From Methylotenera sp. (GTDB taxonomy: Bacteria; Pseudomonadota; Gammaproteobacteria; Burkholderiales; Methylophilaceae): a stretch of DNA of 64,000 nucleotides. The stretch covers positions 21,006-85,005 of the forward strand of contig JBKJOT010000109.1 in NCBI GenBank assembly GCA_046595335.1, read 5' to 3'. Both the position numbers and the translations under genes were made by a program. The first letter of the stretch is position 1. Every line of letters begins with the position of its first letter. The notes under the pieces are model-generated. The model was not told where the DNA came from, did not search any database, and saw only the letters and a program-made list of their open reading frames with translations. Positions 44,611-53,458 of this stretch are shown here, piece by piece.

Positions 44611-45021
44611 ATGAAACTGGGCTTCCTGACAAAATTACAAGCTAAGATTCCGGCTAAGATGCTCCCAATTAAGATTAAAGCTAAACATCTCGAACAAGGC
44701 AACCTAGCAGAACATACCGCTGCAACTTTTCTACAACAGCAGGGCCTTATACTGTTGGAAAAGAACTTCCACAGTAAATACGGTGAGATTGACTTGGTAA
44801 TGCGCGAGGGTGATACCTTGGTGTTTGTTGAAGTAAGGTTGCGTACCAGCGAACAATTTGGCGGAGCAGCATCAAGTATCACCCTCATTAAACAACAAAA
44901 ATTAAGCAGGACTGCAGAACAATACTTGCAATTACATGGCGACTGCAATTGCCGTTTCGATGCAATTTTGATGCAATCTACTGATATTAACGCGGTAGAA
45001 TGGATAAAAAATGCGTTTTAG
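44611..45021 (+). CDS. yraN: YraN family (UPF0102) endonuclease-like protein
   Basis: 136 aa. GEIDLVMREGDTLVFVEVRLR...FGGAASSIT..KQQKL...CRFDAI...VEWIKNAF parallels E. coli YraN. Confidence 0.85.
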   Translation: MKLGFLTKLQAKIPAKMLPIKIKAKHLEQGNLAEHTAATFLQQQGLILLEKNFHSKYGEIDLVMREGDTLVFVEVRLRTSEQFGGAASSITLIKQQKLSRTAEQYLQLHGDCNCRFDAILMQSTDINAVEWIKNAF

Positions 45022-45058
45022 GATGTTTATTTAAGATACAAAAAAAGGTAATCAAACA

Positions 45059-45646
45059 ATGAAATTAACTCCGACTATTAAACTTGCCAGTAAACTCTTT
45101 GCGGCTATAGCCCTTTCCACCCAAATCACTGCCTGCTTGCCGGTAGTGGTAGGCGGCGCAGCAGCCGGTGGGGCCATGGCGGCCGATAGACGTACTTCTG
45201 GTGTCTATGTGGAAGACCAGAATATTAAATTAAAAGCTTCTCATAGCCTTGATGATGTGGTGACTGATTTGTCGCACGTTAATGTCACAAGCTATAAAGG
45301 CAATGTATTAATTACTGGCGAAGTACCTGACGCTGCGACCAAAACCAAAGTAGAAAATGCCATCAAAGTGATTGAGAGCGTACGAAATGTCACCAATGAG
45401 TTGAGTGTTGGTCCAAAATCTTCAATTAGCTCTCGTGCTGATGACTCTTATTTAACCACTAAGGTAAAAGCACAATTTGTTTCTGAAAACAAATTCCAGG
45501 CTAATTATGTAAAAGTGGTGACTGAAAACAGTGTGGTTTATTTAATGGGCTACGTAACCCATGCAGAGGGGGATGCGGCGGCTGAAATTGCCCGCACCAC
45601 TAGTGGCGTAACGAAAGTAGTCAAGGTGTTTGAATACATACCTTAA
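45059..45646 (+). CDS. dolP: Dual-BON-domain outer-membrane lipoprotein (DolP/YraP-like)
   Basis: 195 aa. Lipobox ITAC after the signal sequence, two BON segments and synteny with yraN. Confidence 0.8.
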   Translation: MKLTPTIKLASKLFAAIALSTQITACLPVVVGGAAAGGAMAADRRTSGVYVEDQNIKLKASHSLDDVVTDLSHVNVTSYKGNVLITGEVPDAATKTKVENAIKVIESVRNVTNELSVGPKSSISSRADDSYLTTKVKAQFVSENKFQANYVKVVTENSVVYLMGYVTHAEGDAAAEIARTTSGVTKVVKVFEYIP

Positions 45647-45653
45647 TGCGAAT

Positions 45654-45683
45654 GTTATAATTGCACAGGCTTATAATTGCACA
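45654..45683 (+). repeat. Tandem direct repeat (14-bp unit, 16-bp period) in the spacer upstream of the DUF3579 gene
   Basis: TTATAATTGCACAG occurs at 45654-45667 and again at 45670-45683. Each copy carries a TATAAT hexamer. Confidence 0.7.
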
Positions 45684-45717
45684 GCCAAAGTAACGATTTT
45701 AAGAATGGTAAAAATAG

Positions 45718-46035
45718 ATGAGTGAGGAAACAAAGCCAGCACAGACCCAAGGTGAGATTATCATTGAGGGTAATACTCGAGCTGGCAAACCTTTTCGCCC
45801 AAGCGACTGGGTTGACCGTATGTGCAGTACTTATGCCACTTTTGGCGAAGATCGCAAATTGAAATACTCACCTTACTTAAAGCCAAAAGTAGTCAATGGC
45901 GTCAGGTGTTTAGCGGTAGATTTAAAGTTAAAGACAGTCAATCCGGAAGGCTATGCGCAACTGATGCATTTTGCCGATGAGAATCAACTCAACATTCTGG
46001 ATAGCGCAGGGAATAGTATTGCCGTTCCGCATTAA
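45718..46035 (+). CDS. DUF3579-like small cytoplasmic protein
   Basis: 105 aa. The GKPFRPSDWVDRMC...YSPYLKP pattern recalls the DUF3579 proteins common in Betaproteobacteria. Recognised from memory, not searched. Confidence 0.65.
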   Translation: MSEETKPAQTQGEIIIEGNTRAGKPFRPSDWVDRMCSTYATFGEDRKLKYSPYLKPKVVNGVRCLAVDLKLKTVNPEGYAQLMHFADENQLNILDSAGNSIAVPH

Positions 46036-46071
46036 CTAGCCCCTAGCTGGCCGAGATCGATAATCCTGGCC

Positions 46072-46548
46072 CTAGCCAGGACTATCGTTCCCAATAATCT
46101 TTTCCAAGTATTGCTTGGTGATCAAGCCTCGCTTGATCTTCACTAGCTCACCCTTGGGATTGTAGATATAAGTGGTAGGCAATACTTCGGCTGAACCAAT
46201 CTGTTCCACCACATCGTCATCACCCAGGACTATTGGATATGACATCAGCATATCGTCCACATAATCTGTCACGTCTTTGGTGCTTTGGTAGTCAAACACC
46301 ACGCCTAGTATCATGAGATCCTTTTTTCTACGATGGTCATATAGATTGACCAAGTCTGGCACCTCTTCCAGGCAGGGTGCGCACCATGTCGCCCAGTAGT
46401 TCACTAGCACCCATTTACCTTTGTAATTGGATAACTGGTGCTTGATACCACTCATATCTTTAAGTATGAAGTTGCCATGTGCATTACTGCCGGCAAAGAC
46501 TAGTTGGCTTACAGCCATTAATAGAATAAACAGTAGTTTTGTTATCAT
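46072..46548 (-). CDS. TlpA/ResA-like periplasmic thiol:disulfide oxidoreductase
   Basis: 158 aa. Signal/anchor sequence and the WATWCAPCLEE thioredoxin motif. Confidence 0.85.
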   Translation of the reverse strand: MITKLLFILLMAVSQLVFAGSNAHGNFILKDMSGIKHQLSNYKGKWVLVNYWATWCAPCLEEVPDLVNLYDHRRKKDLMILGVVFDYQSTKDVTDYVDDMLMSYPIVLGDDDVVEQIGSAEVLPTTYIYNPKGELVKIKRGLITKQYLEKIIGNDSPG

Positions 46549-46671
46549 TTCCTGATGACCGTTATACTTGAACGCTAAACTTCAATCTTATGTCAGCCAA
46601 TGTCATATTGCTAGTGTTATACCGTGCAGTATCATACAATTAGAAGTGCCTTAACCTGATAAAAATTATAA

Positions 46672-48219
46672 ATGGCGTTAAAACTACACATCCCAGTACT
46701 TAAAGATAAGCCGATTATCATTGCAGATACGCGACCACAAAAAATCTTGCAATCTTTAGCGCATATTCGTTCTGAAAATCCCCTGGATATCGCGTCGCAC
46801 CTGCATATTGAGCTGGAAATATTAAACCGCCAGAAAGTATCTCCTAGCCAGCGATTGCAGGCTTTGGAAGCGTATCGTCCGCTATTAGTCAGCACCGCTC
46901 ATACATTGGCTGAAAACTATAGTAATGCCAACCTGCCGCTACACGATAAAGCCAAACTAGCAGCAGCAGCAACAGCAACAGAATCATTATGGTTAGAGTT
47001 AGGTTTCGGTTACAAGTTAGCATTGGTAGACTTACAGAACCAACTCATTAAACTGGGCTCAGAAAAAAGCTCAGTACAAGCCATACAGCGGGCTATGCAT
47101 GCAATTGCCGAACATGCCATGGTGTATTACCAGATTTACATTCCGCCACCGGAACATATCTGGAGTGATTTACACCAGTTATATTTTTGTGCAGTGCAAC
47201 TCGATATTCAGCATGCCCAAATAGATAGCACTATAGAGCCTAGCATTTCTATTGAAAACACCTACAAACATGCGCTACTCATGTCCTTGGCAGATCCGCA
47301 GCATTTGCCCCAGAAAAATATCAGGCTAGTTGCTGAATACTTGTCCTATCAAGTGCAGGCTGCACAAATTTCAGCAGTTGCGCCTTTGTCCGACACTAGT
47401 GGCACATTCATTATCAGCTTAAAGTCCAATGAGCCACCAGTCGCCTATAGCAAGCAAAAAACAGCTCCGAATGAAAGTTCGGATATCTTGCTTAGCACCA
47501 TGGGCCTAGTGCGTAATATCCACACGCATTTGAATAGCCTGCAACACAACCTATTACCTGCCGACGGCAGCATTCCGGCTGATGCCCCGCTCAGCGATTA
47601 TATAGATTTACTAACTTATCTGATTAAGCACTGGGGTGTTACCTTTAAACGGGTATTCAACCGATCACAAAAGAATGGTGAAGTTGAATTGGTAGCGGGC
47701 ATTGCTGCCATACATAGCATGCTAGGAGGCACATCTAAAGGTGCCTATGCAGAGAACTTCGAAGCCCAAGCAACTGTCATGCCTTCACGCTGGCAAATCC
47801 TTAACATCAGCCCAACTGGCATGGCGATACGCCGCCACCCAACCGCAGAAAAAAATATCAAGATCGGCGGTTTGTTAGGTGTAAAAATCAAGGATGAAGA
47901 AAAATGGTCCTTGGCAATAGTACGCTGGGCAAGTTGCGGCACTAAGGAGCGCTTGGATATTGGTGTGCAGCTGATTACACCTGACGCTCAATATGCAATA
48001 GCCCAGATTGATGATCGAGAAGATGATGAACAGATTTTGCTATTACCGGAAATACCTGCAGTCAGACAGGTCGCCACATTAATCCTGCCTAAAGGCATTT
48101 TTGAACCGGCCAGACAATTAACGGTCATATCCAACAACCAATCCAAACGTGTTTTACTGACCCGAATGATTGAGCGGTCTCAATATTTTGAGCGCGTGCA
48201 ATATAGTGTCATTGATTAA
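46672..48219 (+). CDS. Hypothetical 515-aa protein with a possible C-terminal PilZ-like domain
   Basis: Long uninterrupted ORF with no family recognisable to me in the N-terminal ~330 aa. The C-terminal region contains RVFNR (RxxxR) and NISPTG ((D/N)xSxxG). No clear RBS. Confidence 0.55.
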   Translation: MALKLHIPVLKDKPIIIADTRPQKILQSLAHIRSENPLDIASHLHIELEILNRQKVSPSQRLQALEAYRPLLVSTAHTLAENYSNANLPLHDKAKLAAAATATESLWLELGFGYKLALVDLQNQLIKLGSEKSSVQAIQRAMHAIAEHAMVYYQIYIPPPEHIWSDLHQLYFCAVQLDIQHAQIDSTIEPSISIENTYKHALLMSLADPQHLPQKNIRLVAEYLSYQVQAAQISAVAPLSDTSGTFIISLKSNEPPVAYSKQKTAPNESSDILLSTMGLVRNIHTHLNSLQHNLLPADGSIPADAPLSDYIDLLTYLIKHWGVTFKRVFNRSQKNGEVELVAGIAAIHSMLGGTSKGAYAENFEAQATVMPSRWQILNISPTGMAIRRHPTAEKNIKIGGLLGVKIKDEEKWSLAIVRWASCGTKERLDIGVQLITPDAQYAIAQIDDREDDEQILLLPEIPAVRQVATLILPKGIFEPARQLTVISNNQSKRVLLTRMIERSQYFERVQYSVID

Positions 48220-48337
48220 CGCTAAGTTATTAGTTACTGTGAGCTTTTGATATAAGTCGTCAATTGACACTTCACTAAAACGTTTTTTTTCGTTACGATA
48301 CATCTTTATTTTAAGTATCACCTAACCGAGGTTTTCC

Positions 48338-48664
48338 ATGAGCGACCATATTACCCACCTGAATGATTCAGGTTTTGAACAAGACGTTCTGCAATCACAG
48401 TTACCTGTACTCGTAGACTATTGGGCGGAATGGTGCGGCCCTTGTAAAATGATTGCACCGATTTTGGATGAAATATCAAAAGAATACGCTGGTCGCTTGA
48501 AAGTGGCTAAGCTCAATATTGATGATAATCAACTGACGCCACCTAAATACGGTATTCGCGGTATTCCAACTCTGATGCTCTTCAAAAACGGTAATGTTGA
48601 AGCCACTAAAGTGGGTGCATTATCCAAATCGCAATTAACTGCTTTTATTGACAGCAACATCTAA
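48338..48664 (+). CDS. trxA: Thioredoxin
   Basis: 108 aa with the [13 protein letters not shown] active site. Confidence 0.95.
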   Translation: MSDHITHLNDSGFEQDVLQSQLPVLVDYWAEWCGPCKMIAPILDEISKEYAGRLKVAKLNIDDNQLTPPKYGIRGIPTLMLFKNGNVEATKVGALSKSQLTAFIDSNI

Positions 48665-48911
48665 ACGCATTACGCTATATGTAAATCACAAATGCTTGGT
48701 TTACTTTTAAGGGATAATTGAAACTAAAATCCTTATTAAATCAAGCATTTTCACTATCTTCAGTCTCCGCATTCTCAAGCTTAGTGATAAACAATTGCAA
48801 GTAATTAAATTTCAAAATTAAGTTTTTTTTAATTAACTCCAAACCATAATTAATAACAACCCCTGGTTTTCCTGCTTCACAACCTCCCACATCATGTTTT
48901 AGTGAGCCTCC

Positions 48912-50171
48912 ATGCACTTATCAGACCTTAAGCACTTACCCGTTACCGAACTAGTAGAGATGGCCATTACCGACGAAATCGAAAATGCCAGCCGCATGCG
49001 GAAGCAAGATCTGATTTTTGCCATCTTAAAAAACAAAGCTAAAAAAGGCGATAGCATTTTTGGTGACGGTACATTGGAAGTGCTTCAAGATGGATTCGGG
49101 TTTTTGCGCTCTCCAGACACGTCATACTTAGCCGGTCCTGATGATATTTATGTTTCACCTTCACAGATCCGCCGGTTTAACTTGCATACGGGTGACAGTA
49201 TTCAAGGTGAAATTCGCACACCTAAAGACGGTGAACGTTATTTCGCGCTGGTCAAAGTAGACCAGGTAAACGGTGAAGCCCCAGAGAACACCAAACACAA
49301 GATTTTATTTGAAAACTTAACACCACTATTCCCTACGATTCCGCTCACATTAGAGCGCGATATTAAAGGGGTAGAAAATATCACCAGCCGCGTAATTGAT
49401 ATGATCGCGCCTATCGGCAAAGGACAACGTGGCTTGCTGGTTGCCAGCCCGAAAAGCGGTAAAACTGTGATGATGCAAAACATTGCACACGCCATTACCG
49501 CTAACCATCCGGATGTGATTTTAATCGTCCTACTCATTGATGAGCGTCCGGAGGAAGTGACTGAAATGACGCGTTCAGTAAAAGGCGAAGTCGTGGCTTC
49601 AACTTTCGATGAGCCAGCAACGCGACACGTACAGGTCGCTGAAATGGTTTTAGAAAAAGCCAAACGTTTAGTCGAGCATAAAAAAGACGTGGTGATTTTA
49701 TTAGACTCAATTACCCGTTTAGCTCGTGCTTACAACACAGTTATTCCTTCATCAGGCAAAGTATTAACCGGCGGTGTAGACGCCAACGCATTACAGCGCC
49801 CTAAACGCTTCTTTGGTGCCGCACGTAATATTGAAGAAGGCGGCTCACTGACCATCATCGCTACCGCACTGGTAGATACTGGCTCACGTATGGATGATGT
49901 GATATACGAGGAATTCAAAGGTACCGGCAATATGGAAATCCATCTTGACCGCCGTATGGCTGAAAAACGTCAATACCCAGCAATCAATGTAAACAAATCC
50001 GGTACGCGTCGCGAAGAATTGCTCATTGAGAAAGACTGCTTACAGAAAATCTGGGTGTTACGTAAATTGCTCTACCCAATGGATGATCTTGAGGCAATGG
50101 AGTTCTTGTTAGACAAAATCAAGGCGACCAAAAATAACGCTGATTTTTTTGACAGCATGCGCAGAGGCTAA
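48912..50171 (+). CDS. rho: Transcription termination factor Rho
   Basis: 419 aa. [19 protein letters not shown]-terminus, the FGFLR RNA-binding motif and the Walker A motif PKSGKT. Confidence 0.97.
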   Translation: MHLSDLKHLPVTELVEMAITDEIENASRMRKQDLIFAILKNKAKKGDSIFGDGTLEVLQDGFGFLRSPDTSYLAGPDDIYVSPSQIRRFNLHTGDSIQGEIRTPKDGERYFALVKVDQVNGEAPENTKHKILFENLTPLFPTIPLTLERDIKGVENITSRVIDMIAPIGKGQRGLLVASPKSGKTVMMQNIAHAITANHPDVILIVLLIDERPEEVTEMTRSVKGEVVASTFDEPATRHVQVAEMVLEKAKRLVEHKKDVVILLDSITRLARAYNTVIPSSGKVLTGGVDANALQRPKRFFGAARNIEEGGSLTIIATALVDTGSRMDDVIYEEFKGTGNMEIHLDRRMAEKRQYPAINVNKSGTRREELLIEKDCLQKIWVLRKLLYPMDDLEAMEFLLDKIKATKNNADFFDSMRRG

Positions 50172-50207
50172 GACGTTAATTTCTTGGGTTTTATCTAATT
50201 TATAATC

Positions 50208-50236
50208 TTGCAAATACGCACGAAACTAAATATAAT
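50208..50236 (+). promoter_or_regulatory. Near-consensus sigma70 promoter for rpmE2
   Basis: TTGCAA (50208-50213), 17-nt spacer, TATAAT (50231-50236). Confidence 0.5.
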
Positions 50237-50304
50237 GCGCGGCTATCGCAAATTTGCGCAAACTAATAACTGCCGTATCTTTCGGCAACATTGAGGTTAA
50301 TATC

Positions 50305-50547
50305 ATGAAAGATGGAATCCATCCAGAATACCGCGAAGTCGTGTTCCAAGACATTGGTGCAGACTTTAGCTTCCTAACACGCTCTACTATCGCTGCGCGT
50401 GACAAAATCAAATGGACAGATGGCAAAGAATATCCATTGGTCAAGATTGAAGTTTCATCAAAATCACACCCGTTCTATACAGGTAAACAAATGATCCTAG
50501 ACACGGCTGGCCGTGTTGATAAATTCCGTAAAAAATACGGTATGTAA
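50305..50547 (+). CDS. rpmE2: 50S ribosomal protein L31, type B (no zinc-ribbon Cys motif)
   Basis: 80 aa from ATG 50305. [16 protein letters not shown]...HPFYTGKQ...[11 protein letters not shown], with no CxxC motif. The track start at 50254 is a TTG in the leader. Confidence 0.9.
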   Translation: MKDGIHPEYREVVFQDIGADFSFLTRSTIAARDKIKWTDGKEYPLVKIEVSSKSHPFYTGKQMILDTAGRVDKFRKKYGM

Positions 50548-50570
50548 TATTTCATGCTAAGGCATGTATA

Positions 50571-50600
50571 AAAAGGCAGCTTAGGCTGCCTTTTTATTTA
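50571..50600 (+). terminator. Rho-independent terminator after rpmE2
   Basis: AAAAGGCAGC-TTAG-GCTGCCTTTTT followed by ATTTA. Confidence 0.75.
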
Positions 50601-50658
50601 TCGCGGTTTGTAGCAATCAGTTAAAATAATTACATAAAATAATAACGGTACTTAAACC

Positions 50659-52311
50659 ATGCGTTTTCAACTTGATCATGACTGGCAAGGCAATATGTCT
50701 ACCCCACGCGCGCGGGTGGGGGAAAATGCGAAAACGCAGTTGTTATTGCTGCTATGCGGCATCTGGATCATCCTAGGTTTAGTCGGACATGAGCCTTGGA
50801 AGCCGCTAGAATCAACCAGCATCAGCATTGTTAAAAATATCCTAGACGGCGGCAGCTGGTTCGTTCCTATGGCTCAAGCACAAACGACCCCGGATACCCC
50901 CCCTCTTTATTACCTGAGCGCAGCCTTGAGCGCCCAGCTTTTTTCTCCTATATTCAGCATGCATGATGGTGCCCGCTTGGTTAATGCCTTTTGGATGACT
51001 ATCGTATTACTAATGGTAGGTATGGCAGGGCGCGAATTGTGGGCAAATGGCATAGGGCGCCATGCCGCTTTTATCATGATGGGCACCATAGGCTTAATCG
51101 TCACGGCACATAGCCTGACTACAGAGATAGGCGGTTTAGCTTCCACAGCCACAGGATTCTATGCCTTAGCACTTTCCAAGCGGCGTCCGTGGCGCGCGAG
51201 TGCTTTATTGGGGTTGGCATTGGGCGTGGGATTCTTATCTGATGGCTTAACGCCTTTATTGATTTTAGTGAGCACTTCATTAGCATTGTCTATACTTTTT
51301 AAGCCGTGGCGCACTCAAAGTTTCATCACGCTAGTAAGTATATCAATTTTAATAGCTATCCCGCTGATTACCGCATGGATACTTATTCTACATTTCCAAT
51401 CACCTCAACTCCTCGCGAATTGGTGGCAGATGAATCTGAATAGCTTTGGACAATCTAATTACAACTATTTTGCTAAAATCCTAGTTTGGTATGCTTGGCC
51501 TGCGTTTCCACTCGCTGTATGGGGACTATGGCACTATCGCAGCCAATTACTCAATAAACCAAAATTTCAGTTAATACTCACCTTTTTTGTATGTTCACTG
51601 CTAATTTTAGGGTTTAGTTCAGCCACTAAAGACATTAATGCACTGCCTCTGCTATTACCACTGGTGGCGCTTGCCGCTGGTAGTGTGGAACAATTAAAAC
51701 GTGGCGCCGCGGCGGCCCTGAACTGGTTCGGGGTGATGCTGTTTGGCCTAATGGGCATACTCATCTGGCTGGGGTGGTTTGCGATGTTAACCGGCCATCC
51801 GGCAAAAATCAAAGAGCGTATGCAATTCTTATCAGGCATGCGTGAAACTAATTTTTATTGGGTAAGTTTTATTACAGCGGCGTTTATTACCCTGATTTGG
51901 CTAGTGGTTTGTATGCGTGCCAAACAGACCAATAGATCTACGGTGACCAATTGGGCGGTAGGTATCACATTCGGCTGGGGCCTGTTAATGACGCTTTGGC
52001 TGCCTATGATTGATTCAGCAAAAAGCTATCAGCCTGTATTTGCTAGCATGAACAAAGCGCTGCCTAAAAACTTTCACTGCATAAATAGCTTGAATGTTGG
52101 ACAACCGCAGCGACTACTACTTAATTATTATGCGGGCATCAAATTACAGCCTTTTGAATGGACACAGCGCTTAAGCTGCGACTTGTACCTAATTCAGGAT
52201 GAAAAAGGTACCGGTAAAATGCAGCCTGGTCCTGAATGGCAGGAGATCTGGAAAGGGAAACGTGTGACTGATAGGAAAGAAAGTTTTAGGCTATTTAAAC
52301 AGCAGAAATAA
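50659..52311 (+). CDS. Glycosyltransferase family 39 (ArnT/PMT-like) polytopic membrane protein
   Basis: 550 aa with about 12 hydrophobic segments. The early motif GHEPWKP resembles the conserved GT39/ArnT-like N-terminal loop. Confidence 0.7.
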   Translation: MRFQLDHDWQGNMSTPRARVGENAKTQLLLLLCGIWIILGLVGHEPWKPLESTSISIVKNILDGGSWFVPMAQAQTTPDTPPLYYLSAALSAQLFSPIFSMHDGARLVNAFWMTIVLLMVGMAGRELWANGIGRHAAFIMMGTIGLIVTAHSLTTEIGGLASTATGFYALALSKRRPWRASALLGLALGVGFLSDGLTPLLILVSTSLALSILFKPWRTQSFITLVSISILIAIPLITAWILILHFQSPQLLANWWQMNLNSFGQSNYNYFAKILVWYAWPAFPLAVWGLWHYRSQLLNKPKFQLILTFFVCSLLILGFSSATKDINALPLLLPLVALAAGSVEQLKRGAAAALNWFGVMLFGLMGILIWLGWFAMLTGHPAKIKERMQFLSGMRETNFYWVSFITAAFITLIWLVVCMRAKQTNRSTVTNWAVGITFGWGLLMTLWLPMIDSAKSYQPVFASMNKALPKNFHCINSLNVGQPQRLLLNYYAGIKLQPFEWTQRLSCDLYLIQDEKGTGKMQPGPEWQEIWKGKRVTDRKESFRLFKQQK

Positions 52312-52318
52312 TCAAATA

Positions 52319-52588
52319 TTACTGACCTAAATAATGATTTTCAGCTTTAACTTGGTGTAGCTTGACATCTGCGTTGTTAAGATGTTCACTGACTGCGGCT
52401 CTGACTACGCTCTCCAAGCCCCCACCATTGTTATCTAACACATGCTGCAAAATCTGCTGACGCATGCTACTGGCCCAGAAACGTGAAATATGTTGTGCGA
52501 TGTCTTTTTTCGCTTGTTCCTGATCAGGAGATGATTTAAAGAAATCCCCGATTTGGTTTGCCATAACGATTAAGTGATCTATTTTCAT
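52319..52588 (-). CDS. fdsD: Formate dehydrogenase delta subunit (FdsD)
   Basis: 89 aa. LIVMANQIGDFF...A.HI.RFW...MR pattern, and last position in the fdsGBACD operon. Confidence 0.8.
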   Translation of the reverse strand: MKIDHLIVMANQIGDFFKSSPDQEQAKKDIAQHISRFWASSMRQQILQHVLDNNGGGLESVVRAAVSEHLNNADVKLHQVKAENHYLGQ

Positions 52589-52601
52589 AAGAATTCTTCG
52601 A

Positions 52602-53429
52602 TTATTCTATATTTTCAGGATGGCTATACACCACGTAACTATTCTCGCGAGCAAACCCCACCAACGTTAAATTACATTGCTCTGCTACCCGTATAGCAAG
52701 ACCGGTAGGTGCCGAGATAGCTGCCAGCATATTGATACCGGCACTTGCCGTTTTTTGTACCATTTCATAACTGGCGCGGCTAGTTGTCAATACAAAGCCC
52801 TCGCGTTGCAGCTTACTTTTTGCTATCGCGCCTAGTAGTTTATCCAACGCATTATGTCGTCCTACATCTTCCCTCACCAGTTCCACCTCACCTTGAAGGT
52901 TGATCCAGGCACTGGCATGCGTAGCACCGGTTAATGCCTGTAATTTTTGCTGCTTGCGGATATTGGTAAAAGCCAAGCTGATAACCTTACTGCTAACTTT
53001 ATTCGTGCTCGTTTTCGCTAGTTTAAGGGTAGGAATCCTGAGTGCCTGATCTAGGCTTTCACTACCGCAAAGCCCACAACCAGTACGGCCTGTCATGTTC
53101 CTACGCTGTTCCTTTAAGCGTTGGAAGCAGCTTGTAGCCACCTTCAATTGCAATTCTATACCTAGTGGCTGCTGTACTATCTCAACGCTATATAAATCAC
53201 TGGGGGTATCTAATATGCCTTCAGTCAGCGAAAACCCTAGCGCAAAATCTTCCAGGTCTTGCGGTGAAGCCAGCATGACTACATGGGAAATCCCGTTGTA
53301 AACCATTGCAATTGGCACCTCTTCTGCAATGATATCGGTCTTAGACACAACACCCTGCTCACTATGACGCGTTACCGCATATTCATTGGCAGCTTCCGTA
53401 CCAAATACAATCAATGCTTTAGCGGGCAT
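52602..53429 (-). CDS. fdhD: Formate dehydrogenase accessory sulfurtransferase FdhD (FdsC)
   Basis: 275 aa. GRTGCGLCG and GATHA motifs. Confidence 0.9.
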   Translation of the reverse strand: MPAKALIVFGTEAANEYAVTRHSEQGVVSKTDIIAEEVPIAMVYNGISHVVMLASPQDLEDFALGFSLTEGILDTPSDLYSVEIVQQPLGIELQLKVATSCFQRLKEQRRNMTGRTGCGLCGSESLDQALRIPTLKLAKTSTNKVSSKVISLAFTNIRKQQKLQALTGATHASAWINLQGEVELVREDVGRHNALDKLLGAIAKSKLQREGFVLTTSRASYEMVQKTASAGINMLAAISAPTGLAIRVAEQCNLTLVGFARENSYVVYSHPENIE

Positions 53430-53458
53430 CTATAATTCTATTAGATAACAAAGAAAGA

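Noticed and set aside
46632-46895. 87-aa minus-strand ORF
   Set aside because: It overlaps the 5' end of the 515-aa plus-strand ORF and the divergent spacer. It is Cys/Ser/Ile-rich with no RBS, so it is most likely spurious.
50172-50304. Looked for a Zur box upstream of the zinc-free L31 paralogue
   Set aside because: I found no sequence resembling the AT-rich GTAATGTTATAACATTAC-type palindrome; only an unrelated 12-bp palindrome is present.
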